Shown here piece after piece: positions 42,101-54,159 of a stretch of 64,000 nucleotides of DNA. A model generated the notes under the pieces. The model saw only the letters and a list, made by a program, of their open reading frames with translations. It did not search any database and was not told the DNA's origin. This DNA is from Oopsacas minuta (Eukaryota > Animalia > Porifera): NCBI GenBank assembly GCA_024704765.1, contig JAKMXF010000166.1, positions 304,699-368,698 on the forward strand, written 5' to 3'. Each line of letters opens with the position of its first letter. The stretch's first letter is position 1. The position numbers were made by a program, and so were the translations under genes.

Positions 42101-44747
42101 CTTAATCGATCCATGAAAGTTCGATTACCATGCGAACACAAAGTGTTCGTAAGCCTTGCAACGAGCAAGCCAAGCGGCTTGAACTGATTCATTGCGATAT
42201 AGGAACTTTTATTGATTGCTTAATTATAACTTTTAAGTACATTGTTGGCAATAATAAAAATATATTTTCTTTCCCATGAAACAATTAGCTATTAATTATC
42301 TCTCATTTCACAATTGCCTCATTGAGAAATGTATTATCATAGATTGCTATGTATTATTACATGATTTTTATCCAATCTTCTCTTTTCTTACTGATAAAGT
42401 ATCTAATAATTATTTAAATAATTCATTTTGAATTAATCTCTGCTGAAAGGAAGGTTTGTTTAATTCGTTTGAATAATGAGTAGTGGTTGAGTTTATTTCC
42501 ACAACTGCGCTATCATTTCTTTCTCTAGACAACTTCATATTTCATTCTACTACACATTCTATCTTTTGTGTGATGTGATAATAGTTCGCATTTTGCTCAT
42601 CTTCTTGCTATATAAACTTAGAAATTTTCTAGTGCTGTATGGTTTTGATAGTGTGTAATTGGAATGTTCCTGTCCCTGCCAATTCATAAATTTGGTGTCA
42701 ACCTCAATTATTCTTCTAACCAATATTACACCTCATCATTTATTTTAACCACATTATAATCTCAGATCCAATTAAATGCTGTTAGTAATAACGTAAAAGG
42801 ATTACATTGACGTAATTATGTCTTTCACACATTGTCTCATTAAACCAAATATTATTATACGTATTAACCATTAATTAAATCAGGATTCTGTATGGTATTT
42901 TCCTACAATAAGAAGCCAATATTCTGTTCATTCAGAGGTTTATTATTGCAAGCTTTCTCTAATCTATAATAGAATTACTAAACGTGTATTTATACGTACT
43001 AATTCATGCAGTTTATTCTAATAATTAATTAATTATTATTCATGTATGATCTAAACACGCTCGAATTACTCTACTAACTCGCTCTATTTGATATGGTTTT
43101 AATGAAGAATGCTCTGTAACTGCATACATATATTCATACATCATGATTATCATATTAACTTGCTTTTTGATATCCTAACCATTATATATATTTACTTATT
43201 TTCCAGGTAAAACAGCAATCGATCTAACAGAGAGTTCTAACATTAAACAGATTCTCTCCGACCCAAAACAGAGTAGAAATCGAGGAAAGAAGAGTAAACA
43301 ATTCCAACAAATTCCAGCTCTTCCCTCCAGTGACAACGAAGATTCCTCATTCGTATTCACTTACGCTGAATTTGATTCTCCCACTGAGAAACACTCTCTC
43401 CCTTCTGATACGCCTTCTTCCTTACCTCCTGAAAAATCAGACCCCATTCCCTCTGGGATTAGTGGTACCCTTGACAGTTACACTTCTAAGTGGGCGAGTG
43501 AGTCTAGCACTGACGAGACACGAGAGAGCGAATTGAGTCCAACAATTGTTTCAAAATTATCGAAATTAACTTCTGAACATCCCAAGATGATACACAACAG
43601 AAATTCAAACAATTCTGAGAAGAAAAAGAAAAAGCATAAAAAAGATTTACGTCACGAGAAAGTATCTAGATCCAGTGATAAGAAATTATTCTCTCAAGAA
43701 GATGAGACCCCTTCCAAGTCTTCTGATAACGAATTATTCCGTCTAAACTCTCCAATGGAGGAGGGAACACCCCAGAAACGATCCCAGCAACAATCTGATA
43801 GGAACAAGAGTGATACAGTGAAGCACAAAAAGAAGGAGTCTTCTAATACTATTTCTATTCATCACAGAGATATATCCACACATATTTCTCCTGTAGAACA
43901 TACTCCATATGTTTCTGCTCCTAAACCAGGAAAGTCAATATCTCAGGGCAAACAGAAACGATTGTCTAAGCGAACAGCTGATTTATTATCCGACACATCT
44001 GATGAGAATCATGTAACTTTCAAATCTAAACTAGACACTGATAAAGTTTCCAAATCCTCCGACCAGAAAGAAGGTGTTGTCTCTCTCCTGGATGACCTAT
44101 CCTGGATCTCAGAGCTACCTCCTCCTAAACGGATCCGTCCTGTCAACCATTCCACCCTTGTACAGAGGAGATGTGAAAAATCCAATCCATCCATCCTCCC
44201 TACTAACTATGAGGAGTTCTTATCCTACCGACAGGATTACCCTTCCAATCGTATCGACCCTACAGGTCCTCTCGTACACTCATACAACTTCCCTCCTGAT
44301 CTTATGGCTTTGTACGAGGAACAAGAGAGAGCTCGTCTTGTTATTGCCAAAAGACACACCCAAGAAAGAGAACAGCTGGAGCTAACATATGAACAGGAAT
44401 TATTAAGAGTATATCAGCGATCAGCTCGTGCTACCCCACCACCCAGTGCGTGTGCTGTCCTCTCTTCTGCTTCAAGACTACAGCAAGGGATCAACTCCCC
44501 TATAGTCTCTCCCTTAGATCCTCCCACTCAACAATATGATCCTAACCTCTTAAGGAATTTAGTTCAAGACTTGTATGACAAATTTAAGAAACTAATCCAG
44601 AACCTGACTGCTAGACAGAAATCGGATTGTGATGCTCTTTATTTCACTCAAATAGAATCATGGGATAGCTGTGTACAGTCACAAAGCACAGTTCAACCTC
44701 CTGTAATAGACTCAAACAAACAAATAACAACTACACATCTCGTTTAA
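39195..44747 (+). CDS. ANKRD11: ANKRD11/ANKRD12-family protein; join(39195..39650,40366..40585,43207..44747), about 738 aa
   Basis: Ankyrin repeats (GETPLHLASIRG; GWTPLHEAANFG; ETPLHDAALSGH; GANP..NKDGKTAIDL across the exons). Family C-terminus present (YEEFLSY, QER.R..H..ERE.L..EQELLRV..R.AR, PSAC.VL, QD..DKF...L..RQ....AL...Q...W). GT-AG junctions are in frame. Cannot distinguish ANKRD11 from ANKRD12. Confidence 0.88.
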
Positions 44748-45578
44748 TTGTGTATATACATAAATACAGTCAATCTGAAGCATCATATATTGATTCACTT
44801 TGTTCATTCCAATTGAAAATTATTTGTTAACTCGCGTATGTATTTCTTTAATATACTTTGTGAGTATAGTTGGTAGATTGTTTTGGTAATTTGAATAATA
44901 TTTTGAATTTGATAATGATGAACTCATTATTTTGATCACTGTAATCTAATGAGATTATATTATGATTGACTTCATTACGAATTTGTTTATTGTACTATTT
45001 TATACAAGCCAGGATACTTTCTAGTCACTGAGGTCCTAAATAAAAGTTCTATTTACTCTACATTTATTGGAAATGAGGAAATGAAGTGATGCCCACCGTG
45101 AGGACCAGAGATATATGGATGAGTCCGTGCCTTGTACGATTGTACATTCCGTAATGCACTGACTCTGCAATATATTGTTGTAGTTTTCAATTAGTTTATG
45201 TATGTATGATGTATATTCTATTTGGCTGTAATCAACAAATAATACAAATGCGAACTTTTGAAGAAGAAACAAGCCTTCTTTATTGATGCTGCCTTTTGTA
45301 TATTGAACTGATGACAATCTCTCTGATAGCAGTGCTTTGATCTAATAATTATTTCTATTACGCACTTCGTTCACTGAGTTGTCATATCACTCTACTTTGT
45401 TGCTGAGAATATTTGTAAATATGTTCACAACTATCATGTTTGTCGAAGAAATGTTTAGTGAATGTGATAGCTATTGGAAAAGAAATTGGGGTCCCAATCT
45501 CTGGGCCTTTCTCCAATCCCGGGATTGAATTAACAATTCTATCATCCTATAAATATGTCTACGAAATAAATAAAATAT

Positions 45579-45756
45579 AACCTCGTTAATACAAACACCA
45601 ACGGAGGGTCAAAATTTGTTCGCTTTATCCTGAGTTTGTATTAACCGGAGTAAATCCAATTGAATAACCATTATAGGGCCCTGATATTGTGTAAATATTT
45701 GTTCGTCTTATCCCGAAATTCGTATTAACCGTGTTTGTATTAACCAAGTTCCACTG
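45579..45756. mobile_element. Tigger/pogo-like MITE at the outer edge of the palindrome (mirror about 62099-62260)
   Basis: AACCTCGTTAATACAAACAC versus GTGTTTGTATTAACCAAGTTCCACTG; the left TIR has lost its CAGTGG end. Confidence 0.65.
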
Positions 45757-46939
45757 TGTAACGGAAAAGCATTAAAGTAATAATATTTATCTCTGATTAA
45801 TGTTTTAGTGATATTAATATACTAATCGTGATTATTTCTCTCATTGTATCGAAAAAAACAAAGAGTATTGATAGATTCATTATTAAGTTTATGACTCTAA
45901 CCTCTTGAGAATTTAGTTCAAGACTTGTATAACAAATTGAATAAACTGATACAGAGGTAAGCAGCTGGTGAAAATACTCGTCCTGCTTCTACTCATTGCA
46001 TTAATATCTTAGCAAGAGATCCTGGGATTGGGAACCCTAATTAGAAATGATTCCACACTACTTGTTAAGCCAAAAATCATACTTTTAATAGAAATCTCTG
46101 ATGAGATAAACAATTATATTGCACGTGAGGAGGAAATAGAAAGATTAGTATAGATTTAGGCTACACAGCAATCTACATATGTATATCCCTTTCTATATGG
46201 AGGTGTAATTGAAATTTATAAGAAACATTCCCTCTGTCCTATCAATTGTTAGTCTCATCTCTCACTGAAAAATAGGAATTAAATCGATGGATTTTGTAAC
46301 TTGAGAGTTGAGTATGAATGAATGTGAATACATTTCTAATAGAACCATAATATTATGTTCTTAATCAGATATAAGTAAGGATTATTGTGAATTGTATTTG
46401 CTTTACTAAAACTTATTCAAATCTTCACATAAATAAACTACAGGTAAGTTGGTTCTATGCCTTGGTGTCTTTCCGACACCTTATATAAAGTTAAGAGGGA
46501 TTACTTTTATGTAAATCAAATTTCGTTAAAAGATGATGAATATCCATTGTAATTGCAATTCAAATGCATGATAAAGCTAATTATTCACCTCAATAGATCT
46601 GGTAGCTGTGTACGTATGTTATGTTACATGAATCGATTTGTCATCATATTCAATCTTCATACGTAATAACCAATATGCAACACTTGATGGTATCTATGAG
46701 TACACTGAGGATCATGATGTATACGGACGTGGGAAGGTTCATATAATTTCACATATTGTGAGTTTGTGTTCTCCCAGATACAAGATATGTCCATAAACTG
46801 ATGTATCTTCTAGATACTTATGTGTCCATGCTACCTACTCCTTGCAATCAATATTCCTACGTGCCAGGCACTTGGTTTTGGTGGGCATTGCTTGCCCCTT
46901 ACCAAAGTTATCGTTTCCACTTCAACCTCTAGGAGGAAC

Positions 46940-47490
46940 ACTGTCAAGGGACCTGGTTTAGTCTGAGGGTCAAAAACCGTTTTGTACAGGAACGTCATAT
47001 TGGCCTACCTAAAATTATGCTCATAGTCATCTGCGATTGAAGATGTTTGTTCGAATTATCACCTCCGTATCGAACCATTATTTCCTCAATAACTTATCTG
47101 CAGTAACCAATCCAATAATATCTAGGTAATCACATATACCGGAAGGAGTCCTGATTAAATCCTACCATGTTATGTCCCGTAATATTCCCGACCTCATTCT
47201 CATTTACAAGGACACCGTTTCCGGTATTATTCATCTTAAATAGGACCCTATCACACCCAAATACCAATATATCCGAGTCCTGGCTGATGACTGCATGTGC
47301 TAGACCCCTCTTATCCATATAGACCGACAGCGCGTCCGCTTCACAAGGCGCCACTTCACACTGAATTCCTTCCTTTGCTCAGGTGTGTTGATAGGATTCA
47401 TCCACCACACTTATGGATTTTACCTCTGAACACGCCCAGGGCTGAATCAATATATTATTTTGACACCATTTCTTATTCTATCAAGTACAA
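46940..47490 (-). pseudogene. EXO1: Exonuclease 1 pseudogene fragment (left-arm copy)
   Basis: Mirror image of 60365-60915. Confidence 0.75.
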
Positions 47491-47571
47491 AAACACTCTA
47501 AGTCTGTTATATACAAGAGTATATGACTAATATATTATGAAAAATATATCTACAAGTTATAATGCTGGTAA

Positions 47572-48822
47572 CTATTTTATATTAATTTGAAGAGTTATGC
47601 TGTCTTCTTTACAATCTTTATCTTCTAATATTTCAGTCTTTGAAATTAATAAAGGACGCCAAAAACCTTCATTTCTCACCTCACTAGGTCTGAGTAGTGT
47701 ATTCATAATTAGTATTACTGTTAATGTGATTGAGAAGAATAAACGTATATTTGTATCTGATAGGCCAGTGTAGTTTATCATCGTAAGCTCCTTTCATATT
47801 ATAAATCAATACATGTACTTTACCTGTATTCCACCGATCCCATAGAATAATCCCCTGACACTTGTATAAACCTACATAGAATGGATCACTGTAAGTATAT
47901 TCTCTGTTTTCTATCTTCTATTTAACACTTTTAATCTTCCATTCCAATTGTCCTGTAGATAGAGGTAGAGCCGTAAAATATCAAGTTTATCTTCCAGTAG
48001 TTTATTATCTTTAGATGTTTCAATTTGTTTCTGATTGACTATAAGTACCAGCTGTATTAGTATAGCTATACCCATGATAACTAGTGCTGATATCACCCAT
48101 ATACTCCTCGTCCTAGAAGTATTCCATCTATCCAAATTGCTTATTTCAAATTCCTTCATATCCATTTTCTCTCTCAGCTGATTTAATTCACATAGCAATA
48201 ATTTCTGATGACTAATCATTTTCTTAGTTATATGTGTGTCCAGGTCCTTTCTTGCAATTTCAATTGTCTCACAACCCACTTCCTTATAAGGACATATAAC
48301 CACACCATCTGGATTGCCCAGACAAATTCTAGCGTGTTCTTTTGTTCTGTTAGCTTGTACTTCTTTTCTACAGTACTTGCACCTTTGATTTCGGAAGGGA
48401 CACTCTTTCTGGTGTCCCAATGTGTCACATTTTTGTAACACCTTTCCACATCCTTTCTGACATTTCATTTTCTCTTTAACACAACCATTCATGTGTTCCT
48501 CAATATTGTTCAGCTTTCCTGAACAATCACAACCTCGTATTGATGGAGGACATCTGCATTTCAGTTCCCTTACAAACTCCTCTACTTGCTCATCAACTTC
48601 CCCGCCTCTACCTTCTGTACAATTTGTACAGAATGTCTTGCCTTCAGAGATCTGTGGTTTTATGCTAATTCCATCACATTTTGAACAGAATATGAATTTC
48701 TTCATATTCTCGTGGACCTATTCCTTGAGTAGGCCTGCTCGATACCCTCCTGTCTTTTCCCTCCTATCCACGTCGATGAGAGTAGTTGTAGAGTCTGGTG
48801 TTACAGGTTCTCTCTCTGCCAT
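47572..48822 (-). pseudogene. TRAF-like pseudogene (left-arm copy)
   Basis: Mirror image of 59033-60283. Confidence 0.75.
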
Positions 48823-50160
48823 GTATTTACTCACTTGTTTACTTGTTTGTTAGTTATCACTTATCAGTTAGTTACAGTTCTGTGCTGTAATTCAATAGCT
48901 ATTACATAGGAGATTAATTTCAATAGTTACTTGTGAATATTAAACACTCTGCAAAGGTGTGAAATATGATTAAACATATGATAAACATGATCATGTGCAT
49001 ATTCCCGGCTCTAACCTTCTAGAATCTAGAAGGTGTAAAAATATAATTTACGTAATCATAATATACGATTATCGACACAAACTTGTGCTAATGTGGCATA
49101 AGAATATCCTAATTGGGTTATTGGGATAGTTCAAGTCGTGGGCTACATTGTCGCTTTTATGAGCCAACCGATTAGAATTATAGTGCTCGAGTTATTTACC
49201 AAATTGTGTCACACAACGACACTATATATAAAGCCAAATCCGTCAATTAGAAACTTTTTTCATTAACATAGAATGCAGTTTTGTGTGTTGCAGTATCAAC
49301 TTTATACTATACCCTACTATTTTACACATTTATGCTCAGTTGTAAAAGTCTACAATCTGAGATTTCTGGACAGAATTGGAAATATCTAATTGTTACCGGG
49401 AATTATTCAGTGTAGGAATGGTGCATTAAATGTTATCATACCAGATAACTGTTAATGAATCCGTTTTTAGCTTAACTACAATATCCCACATTCATATTAC
49501 ACAATTCATGATAATTACGCAAATAATACACGAAATTATGTGAAATTAAGTAGTCCTTAGCCATGAGTAATTCTGGATACAATCGATTTCAACATTTCCA
49601 TCTGTTCTCAAGTGATGTTCTATCGTATTCAATAGGTATTACGAGTGAGTGAAAATTTAAGGTTCGACCACTCCAGAAATGTCAAGGGGGAAATTTCCGA
49701 GTGCATGATATTCAAAAAAAAAAATCAAGCATAAAGATTTAAATGGTGGTTCCATAGCAATAATGGGGTAAGAATAAAGTGTTAATGATCCTATTAATAA
49801 GAATGTTTCATGTTGTAAATGGGAGGGCAAGAACGGACAAATGGGGGGCATTGCCTCCCCCTCAGTTACACCACTGGTCATCTATAAGAAAGCACTTCAC
49901 AACATTTTCAATGAAACCTAAATATTACACACCTCAAAAAATACTTATCGTATGATTGGAAGTAATTATAGAATTAGTGCTACAAAATACACTACTGGCC
50001 TAGCATACAAATGAGTAGTAAATAAAGACTGGAGAATAGATATGAACAGAAGTAAATACAACAACAGACGCCTGACTAAATAGTATACCAAGGAAACATA
50101 AAGACATTATCCATACAATGAACTCAACAATCAGCTGATGATACTGCCATTCTAGTCTGG

Positions 50161-51933
50161 TCAGATGTCGAAGTTCGTTTCAACCTGTAGAGCTACATTA
50201 GCATGTTTCAAGGTTTCAACTTCTGATTCGGGAAGTGGGTTTCCTATTATGGGTGCTACCTCTTTCATTCTGTCTAATTCAGCAATTGTAGGATTATATT
50301 CTGGAACATATTTTGTATATAACCCTCTGAAATGATAGAGAAGGAACAAGATTACCACGATTAACAGGACTAATAATATGATTAGAACGAAAATTATCAC
50401 AGCAAACACCACTATTATATATTCAGTCTCACCAAAGTTCGAGATTTGAGGGCTTATGGTGATGAATTCGCAGTCGCTATTGTTTGAAGTGGAGATGTTG
50501 TATCCCTCAAAACAGGAACAATAAAATGAACCAATTGTGTTGGTACAATTCTGTGAACAACCTCCATTGTTTACCCCACACTCATTCACATCATTGCAGA
50601 AAGTTTCATTGAGATTAACGAATCCCTCGCCACAGTCACATGTGTATGAACCAAGTGTGTTAATACAGTTACCTTGACATGTAATACTACTGTCTTCACA
50701 CTCATCTATGTCTGAGCATACGAAACTACTATTATTGTATAAGGCACGTTCTGGTGGATAAGTACAATTACAACCAGTCTCTGTATCAACTCTATACCAA
50801 TTATAACCCTGACAGACTATTGAATCGTTGAAACACGGATAATCGGGGTTAACACATCCCACATAGAGGCTGGGATCATCGACTTGGAGGCCTGGGTTTC
50901 CTGGACAAAAATTGTATGAGTCTAGTTCTATTTCGACATTATATACGTCTTCTAGTATGTAGATCCATTCTGTTTCACAGGTGCAATCGAATGCAATGTA
51001 TTCAAAAGACAAGTAACTTAATTGTGGAAATTGTTCAAATATTTCTGGACTCAAAAGCGTTGGATTATAATTGTCGAGGTGGATTTGTGTAATGCTTTTG
51101 GCTAGTGTAAGGGTTGATAGTGGAAATGATGGATTAAGCCCCAAGCGAACATCTTCTAATGCATCCAAATCAATGAAAGTGTATTCTCCAACCGTAGTTA
51201 TGTCATTATTGGAAAGATAAATTGTATCCAATTCATGTAAACCATCAAATGTACAGTCATATAACTCGTGGATTTCATTGTTATTTATACTCAATCGTCT
51301 TAACTTGTATGTGCCTTTAAATGAATCTGACATTAATTTTGTTATGCCTCCGGATTCCCAATATAACTTCTCCAATTTATCCAGCCCCCCGACAAGAGTT
51401 CGATCAATGACACGACTTGACTCTTCTCTTATAAACGAGCTTTCGACTTCAATTTCTATGAGATGTATATTTTGTGAGAAAAATGGCATCAAATTCGATC
51501 CTAACGTAGTAGCTTCGTAGTACTCCAAGTTCGGGAAATACGTAAAGAAGTCGTTATGGTTAATAAACACCTCATAGTAGTAAAAAATCAATTTAGTCAC
51601 GTTATAATTTATCGTAGAAGTTTCAACAAAAATGGGTTCATAGAATTGATTTTCTATTTCCAAAATTTCTATGTTACTAGGAATATTTATATTCAACGTA
51701 GTACCAGCACCTCCCACCAGTATTTCAATATCAAGATAATGGTAACTTCCCTGAGAACATTCATAGATTTTTTCCTGTATTGCTTCTGTATCATGCCCGC
51801 GAACTTCACAGTCTAGTTCATCACCGTCCTCAAAGCATGTCACTATTGTATTCCCACAATTACCACTGACTAAAACAGCTGAATGTCTGAAAACGAGAAT
51901 ACATAATAATAGTACCTTGCTTATTGATTTCAT
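50161..51933 (-). CDS. LRR + calcium-binding EGF type I membrane protein (left-arm copy)
   Basis: Signal peptide, LRRs (LRRLSINNNEIHEL..TFDGLHELDTIYLSNNDI), LRR-CT (AFDCTCETEW), two cbEGF (DIDECED; DVNECGVNNGGCSQNCTNTIGSFYCSC), TM helix, cytoplasmic tail. Confidence 0.9.
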   Translation of the reverse strand: MKSISKVLLLCILVFRHSAVLVSGNCGNTIVTCFEDGDELDCEVRGHDTEAIQEKIYECSQGSYHYLDIEILVGGAGTTLNINIPSNIEILEIENQFYEPIFVETSTINYNVTKLIFYYYEVFINHNDFFTYFPNLEYYEATTLGSNLMPFFSQNIHLIEIEVESSFIREESSRVIDRTLVGGLDKLEKLYWESGGITKLMSDSFKGTYKLRRLSINNNEIHELYDCTFDGLHELDTIYLSNNDITTVGEYTFIDLDALEDVRLGLNPSFPLSTLTLAKSITQIHLDNYNPTLLSPEIFEQFPQLSYLSFEYIAFDCTCETEWIYILEDVYNVEIELDSYNFCPGNPGLQVDDPSLYVGCVNPDYPCFNDSIVCQGYNWYRVDTETGCNCTYPPERALYNNSSFVCSDIDECEDSSITCQGNCINTLGSYTCDCGEGFVNLNETFCNDVNECGVNNGGCSQNCTNTIGSFYCSCFEGYNISTSNNSDCEFITISPQISNFGETEYIIVVFAVIIFVLIILLVLLIVVILFLLYHFRGLYTKYVPEYNPTIAELDRMKEVAPIIGNPLPESEVETLKHANVALQVETNFDI

Positions 51934-53114
51934 TGTTAGCTTGTTTGTTAAGAATATTATTGTTATAATTAACTATGGGGTACTTCTCTTATTTATATGT
52001 CAGACTAGACAAGTTTTCTATAAATTTATTCAGTGCTATTGTACAGCTTCCTCGAACATTTGCAATGTTATCACGCACCGCACTTTCACCTTGGGAGGTT
52101 CTTCTACTGTAGTGTTTGTTAAGAAGAAATATTTTGTGAAACGTGACCTATATTGCAAGAAACTTACAGTAGGTAAGTTCGTCATTTATTTCATTACGTG
52201 TCATATTTCTATTTGTTTAATGGACACTAAATTTAGTAATCCACAAGAAAGTGTAGAATTGCAATTACGTACATTTGAAATTGATAATTTGGTAAATCTG
52301 TTGAAATGGTTATTTTATTCACAAATAGAGGATTTCATCTTTCCTACTTACAATCTTTCTCAATTTAAGATACATCATTAAATTTGTGATACAATAATAT
52401 TATTCCATGCAAAGTAGGAATATTCCTACTTGGCGTGAGAATTTATGCATTGTGAAATATTAACGGGTGTTATTTCCAATTTATTTCAACAATTACAATT
52501 ATCGAATCACTTCCTGATGGCATCTCTGACACCAAGGGAAATTTCTTCACCTAAATCCAAATAGTAAAGTACACGCATGAATACAACGTATTTTGATAGA
52601 CTAATTCGATAAAAATGATTCTCACCATGGCAATATCCCTTCAAATACACCAACCAACAACGAGGGGCAAGCCAAGCATCCAAACAACTCCCTATAGGTA
52701 TGTGTGACATTATTCCGAGGGAAAATATCTTAATAGATAATATACATATTCCAAATTTGTTGCGCCTAGTAGGAATATTCCTATTTGCCACGAAACAATA
52801 TCATATAATGAAGTGTCATCCACAAACTACATCTATATTATTGAATCTCAATTGTTGTTTGTTTGTTTGTCTGTTGTCAAGGAAAGCATTACAATTACAT
52901 TTCAATTCTTCGAACCCAATTACAATTAATTACAATTGCACTGTATGAATATTAACTTTTAATTATGAATGCAGTAATCCAATTTAGTAGAATTATGACT
53001 TATCTTGCAAACTAAACAAATTGCGAGACTAAAGACAAATAATATACTGATCAAGAAGAATTATACTAAATTTAAGAAAGGATAATACTATATAAAATTA
53101 CTAATGATGTATTA

Positions 53115-54159
53115 CACAGGCCAACAAAACATATTTTTGTTTCTGTTGCCTAAGATTTTAGATTGAATTTAGACTATATTTGCTGTGCTGAGTTCGAAAA
53201 TGGCATCGGCTTTGCTGGATTGGCTCTTGATTTTAGTCTACATTTATGTTTATATTGTTAGTTACCTTTTTCAAATGTATATTCAATTTAATCAATAGTT
53301 TATAATTATAAGTATCTAGCATATTCCAACTCTATGGCATCGTCAGGAAGAAAATGTTCTAATGATCCTAATACGTTCTGTTACATATGTGGTGAATATA
53401 CGTTGAAAGATCAGAGAAGAAGTATCTCAGACTTCGTGCGAAAGGCATACTTTGCTTACTTTGAGGTGAAGCTTGGAGACCAAAACAGCTCTTCAATATT
53501 TGGTCAATTCAATCTGGAGAAACACAATAATCTAAGCAGGAACCTCAACCTGTCTAAAGAGTGTTCAGAAATTTTGCATCCAGGAACTAAGATAACATAT
53601 TATCGTCATAGAGAAGAAGGATTACTTCATTACTTTAGCCATCAAGAAGGCCTCGTCTTCTGCAATGACATTGGAGGACTTCTCCTGGAAATGGGAGTAC
53701 CACAATATTGGCCAGAAGGTTAGCGTCTATTCATTGATAGTTCCAAGAGAAGCTTGAAGTGCGTTTTATTGCATAATGGAAATGAATATGCATCTATTCC
53801 AATTGGACATTCAACAAATCTCGAAGAGGAGTCTGAAAATAGTAAGATGGTATTGGAAAAATTGAAATAACTTGAAACCAGTGATTGATATATGTTGATC
53901 TCCAGATGGTAAACTTTCTACTTGGCCAACAAGCTGGATACAATAAGTACTCTTGTTTTATATGTTTATGGGACAGCAGAGCCCGCAAAGATCATTGGGT
54001 AAATAAAGTGTGACCCTTAAGAACTGATCTAACAGTTGGAGGAGCAAACATTCTGTATGAGCCATTGGTTCCTAGAGAAAAAATCATTCTTCCACCCCTC
54101 CACATCAATTTGGGTTTTATGAAGCAGTTAATAAAATCTCTGGATAAAGACGGGCCCCC
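53115..54159 (+). mobile_element. 5' part of a Chapaev3-like (CMC) DNA transposon, internally deleted; its first 581 bp are mirrored at 54160-54740
   Basis: CACAGGCCAACAAAAC terminus after TTA. Transposase remnants: MASSGRKCSNDPNTFCYICGEY, RLFIDSSKRSLKCVLLHNGN, LGQQAGY, CLWDSRA, IILPPLHI.LG.MKQ. Stops and deletions present. Superfamily assignment is from recall of family motifs. Confidence 0.65.

Noticed and set aside
42300-42720. Possible transposase remnant in ANKRD intron 2
   Set aside because: Multiple stops and no motif I can assign with confidence.
49655-49680. GGTTCGACC as a tRNA T-loop
   Set aside because: No T-stem pairing or cloverleaf.
51278-52948. Short ORFs (80-154 aa) in the arms and their mirrors
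   Set aside because: Antisense to the LRR gene or AT-rich non-coding sequence; duplicated only because of the palindrome.
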